DNA of 63,503 bases, filler included. It is 8 parts of 8 records of this genome, joined end to end, with 100 filler letters (N's around TTAATTAATTAA, not from the genome) between each part and the next. Parts side by side here need not be neighbours in the genome. Positions count along the whole stretch, not along the records: positions 57,115 to 63,503 come from SRR20825006_1607; 7 more parts are not named here. One strand, given 5' to 3'. The stretch's first letter is position 1. Every line of letters begins with the position of its first letter. Both the position numbers and the translations under genes were made by a program. This document shows, piece by piece, positions 61,036-63,503 of the stretch. The notes under the pieces are model-generated. The model was not told the DNA's origin and did no database searches. It saw nothing but the letters and a program-made list of their open reading frames with translations.

Positions 61036-61632
61036 TCAGGCGACGCGGGCGCGCACGGGCAGCTCCTGCACCTTTGCGATGGGCCGCCATTCGCGATCGA
61101 GCATGGCAAAATGCATCTCCTCGTCCCACTCGCCCTGGAACAGCGCGTGCTCACGATAGTGCGCTTCGAGACGCATGCCCAGCTTCTGCATCAGCTTGAC
61201 TGAGTGATGGCTGCGCCCATCGCAGCGCACCATGAGCCGGTGAATGCCGAAGTGATCGAAAGCCAGGTCGATCAGGGCTGTCAGCGCCTGGGTGAGATAG
61301 CCCTTGCCGCTGTGTGCGGGATCAATGGCAAAGCGCAACTCGCCCTGCCCGGCCGTCGCATCGGACCATTTCAGGCTCACATGCCCCACCAGCAGGGCGT
61401 CGCCCTTGCGCACCATGGCCAGGGTCAAAGTTTCGCCGGGCCGGTGCAGTTCCACCTGCGAGCGCATGACGGCAAGCGCCGCCGCGACATCTTCTTCGTA
61501 GCGGGTCGGGCGTTCAACATAGCGCTGCAGCGATGGAAGGGTATGGTATCGCCTGACAGCGTCCAGGTCACTGCGTTCAAAAGGGCGCAAGACCAGGTGA
61601 TCGGTCTCGATCGGCAGGCGCAAAGACGACAT
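61036..61632 (-). CDS. RimJ/RimL GNAT acetyltransferase
   Basis: IETDHLVLRPF, GKGYLT, KLGMRLEAH, GEWD. Confidence 0.9.
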   Translation of the reverse strand: MSSLRLPIETDHLVLRPFERSDLDAVRRYHTLPSLQRYVERPTRYEEDVAAALAVMRSQVELHRPGETLTLAMVRKGDALLVGHVSLKWSDATAGQGELRFAIDPAHSGKGYLTQALTALIDLAFDHFGIHRLMVRCDGRSHHSVKLMQKLGMRLEAHYREHALFQGEWDEEMHFAMLDREWRPIAKVQELPVRARVA

Positions 61633-61750
61633 GATCCAACTTCCTCCGCAAGGATACAGCAGCCCTGCTTCGGCAATGCCCGGAACGCGTCCCGGTTCCC
61701 GTCCCGATTGAGCAAATCTTTTTAGCCCGGTGACTTGCCAAACCGGAACA

Positions 61751-62320
61751 TCAGACGTGGCGGAGGGATAACCATTCGTCGCGCAAAATCGCGTAATAAA
61801 ATTCTTCGTCCCACAGGCCCTTGAACAGGCCATGCTCACGAAAATGCGCCTCCCGTCGCATGCCGAGGCGCTCCATGAGGCGCCAGGAGGGCTCATTGCG
61901 CGCATCACACCGGGCAAAGATTCGGTGCATGTCCGCAGGCCCGAAACCGAGATCGAGCAGGGCATTGGTCGCTTCAGTGGCATAGCCCCGGCCATGGTGG
62001 TCGGGATGGAAAATCCAGCCCAGCTCGCCCTGCCGCGCCTCCACCGAACGCCAGATCAGCGAGACTTCGCCGACAAGTTTTCCAGCATCGCCAGTCTCAA
62101 CGGCCAGGACAATGCGGTCGCCCTCTTCGAGAAACCCGGTCTGGGTCGCGCGCTGCTGAATGGCCAGGGCGCATTCATCGCGGCTGAGGGGCGGATCGAA
62201 CAGATAGCGCGCCACATCCTCCCGGCCGCGATAGGCAAAAACCCCATCGACATCGCCCCGCGTAAACGGGCGCAGGCGCAATCGCTCGGTCTGAAGTGGG
62301 AAGTCAGGATGCAGCGCCAT
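61751..62320 (-). CDS. RimJ/RimL GNAT acetyltransferase (tandem paralog)
   Basis: LQTERLRLRPF, GRGYATEA, RLGMRREAH. Confidence 0.92.
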   Translation of the reverse strand: MALHPDFPLQTERLRLRPFTRGDVDGVFAYRGREDVARYLFDPPLSRDECALAIQQRATQTGFLEEGDRIVLAVETGDAGKLVGEVSLIWRSVEARQGELGWIFHPDHHGRGYATEATNALLDLGFGPADMHRIFARCDARNEPSWRLMERLGMRREAHFREHGLFKGLWDEEFYYAILRDEWLSLRHV

Positions 62321-62410
62321 GGTTTCTCCCGGAGGGCGGCACCATTGCCCCTGCCGTGCGCCTTGGCAAGAACACTTGCCGCCGCATGCGGCCCATGCCA
62401 GCCTGAGCGC

Positions 62411-62848
62411 ATGACCCCAAGCACAGAGATCGACCAGGACACCAGTTGCGATTGTGGCGCGGTGCGGCTCCACGCCAGGGGCCGTGTTGTCTCGATGTTT
62501 CAATGCGGGTGCCGGAACTGCCAGAAGGTGTCGGGCAGCGGCCACTCCAGCGTCCTGCTGATGCCAATTGATGCCGTGCGCGTCACGGGGGCGACCAAAA
62601 GCTTCACGCGGCCAGCTGAGTCCGGGGCGGCCTTCACGCGACACTTCTGCCCCGAATGCGGCACCACGCTTTATGCCGAATCGTCGCGCGCGCCGGCATT
62701 TCGCATTCTTCTGGCGGGGCTGCTTGCCGGCGACAACGACTGGTACGCGCCCAACCAATTGATCTTTTCGCGCAGCCACCCGGATTGGGACCTGATCGAA
62801 AGCGCCCTGCCCCGATATGAAACCTACCGCCCGGAGACATCGGCATGA
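62411..62848 (+). CDS. GFA/CENP-V family zinc protein
   Basis: CDCGAV, CGCRNCQK, RHFCPECGT. Confidence 0.9.
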   Translation: MTPSTEIDQDTSCDCGAVRLHARGRVVSMFQCGCRNCQKVSGSGHSSVLLMPIDAVRVTGATKSFTRPAESGAAFTRHFCPECGTTLYAESSRAPAFRILLAGLLAGDNDWYAPNQLIFSRSHPDWDLIESALPRYETYRPETSA

Positions 62849-63180
62849 GCATGGCATCGGAAGAACTGACCGACCGCGTCCGGTCCCTGGTGGCGCCAGG
62901 CGAGAACATTCGCGAGAAAAAAATGTTCGGGGCCAACGCCTTCATGTCCAACGGCAACATGCTGGTGGCCGCGATGAGGGATGGCACGCTTCTGGTGCGC
63001 GTGGGCAAGGACGGCATGGACGACGCGCTGGCCCGTGATGGCACCAGCGTGATGGAAATGGGTGGCCGCACCATGGGCGGTTTCGTGGTCGTCGGCGGCG
63101 ATGCCCTCGAGGAAGATTTCGTGCTCGGGGAATGGCTCGACCGTGCCCGGGCCTTTGTGAAGACGCTGCCGCCGAAATAG
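62845..63180 (+). CDS. TfoX/Sxy N-terminal domain protein
   Basis: [27 protein letters not shown]. Confidence 0.88.
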   Translation: MSMASEELTDRVRSLVAPGENIREKKMFGANAFMSNGNMLVAAMRDGTLLVRVGKDGMDDALARDGTSVMEMGGRTMGGFVVVGGDALEEDFVLGEWLDRARAFVKTLPPK

Positions 63181-63299
63181 CTCTCCCCATCCGGCAAGCC
63201 CCCTTGCCGAGCCTGTCTTTGCGCTTTGCTCAGGCGGTGCTATACGGACCGCCGAACAGGGCCCAGAGCCACTATCAGCATTTGCAAGGGAGTAATTCG

Positions 63300-63503
63300 A
63301 TGAGCAAGATCAAAGTCGCCAACCCGGTCGTGGACCTCGACGGCGATGAGATGACCCGGATCATCTGGCAGGCGATCAAGGACAAGCTCATCCATCCCTA
63401 TCTCGACCTGCCGATCGAATATTACGATCTGTCGGTGGAAAACCGCGACGCCACGGAAGACCAGGTGACCGTGGACGCCGCCAACGCCATCAAGAAGCAT
63501 GGT
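63300..63503 (+). CDS. icd: NADP-dependent isocitrate dehydrogenase, N-terminal fragment
   Basis: [23 protein letters not shown]. Confidence 0.95.
   Translation, partial: MSKIKVANPVVDLDGDEMTRIIWQAIKDKLIHPYLDLPIEYYDLSVENRDATEDQVTVDAANAIKKHG

Noticed and set aside
61751..62857. Apparent long GNAT and GFA fusion-like ORFs (368, 338 and 319 aa)
   Set aside because: Over-extended starts running through divergent neighbours. Domain boundaries support the shorter genes.

Overview
This window is not one replicon. It is eight unrelated contigs joined by an artificial 100-nt spacer (N44-TTAATTAATTAA-N44). Taxonomic labels below are inferred from gene content and composition. (1) 1-6913, AT-rich Bacteroidota ICE-like cargo: DUF4238 protein, an AbiEi/AbiEii-type toxin-antitoxin pair, a split membrane protein, a UPF0489 protein and a highly self-complementary non-coding tail. 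(2) 7014-19642, Flavobacteriaceae-like: collapsed tra remnant, a second AbiE-type pair, a sigma-54 two-component system upstream of a gdh/Rnk/SulP gene run with unannotated small ORFs, and a dead ISL3. (3) 19743-24821 and (4) 24922-32898, Thalassospira-like Alphaproteobacteria: rodA end, binding protein plus diguanylate cyclase, M24 hydrolase; CrbS/CrbR-like pair split by higBA, lysE, sulfotransferase, araC, AI-2E and an OMP. (5) 32999-39657, Alcanivorax-like accA-tilS-RecQ-pyrG. (6) 39758-47524, high-GC alphaproteobacterial catabolic cluster (TRAP, IclR, M24, two luciferase-like oxidoreductases, threonine-synthase-like enzyme, LysR). (7) 47625-57014, Rhodobacteraceae nudC/pheA/cytochrome c/yejABEF. 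(8) 57115-63503, Devosia-like rpsD to icd. Best candidates for undescribed biology: the contig-1 operon (toxin-antitoxin + membrane protein + UPF0489) and its folded tail, the sigma-54 glutamate dehydrogenase operon with a Cys-rich microprotein, a LexA-boxed structured element beside higBA, and the contig-6 catabolic cluster. No rRNA, tRNA or CRISPR array was seen. All family calls come from motif recognition, not database searches.
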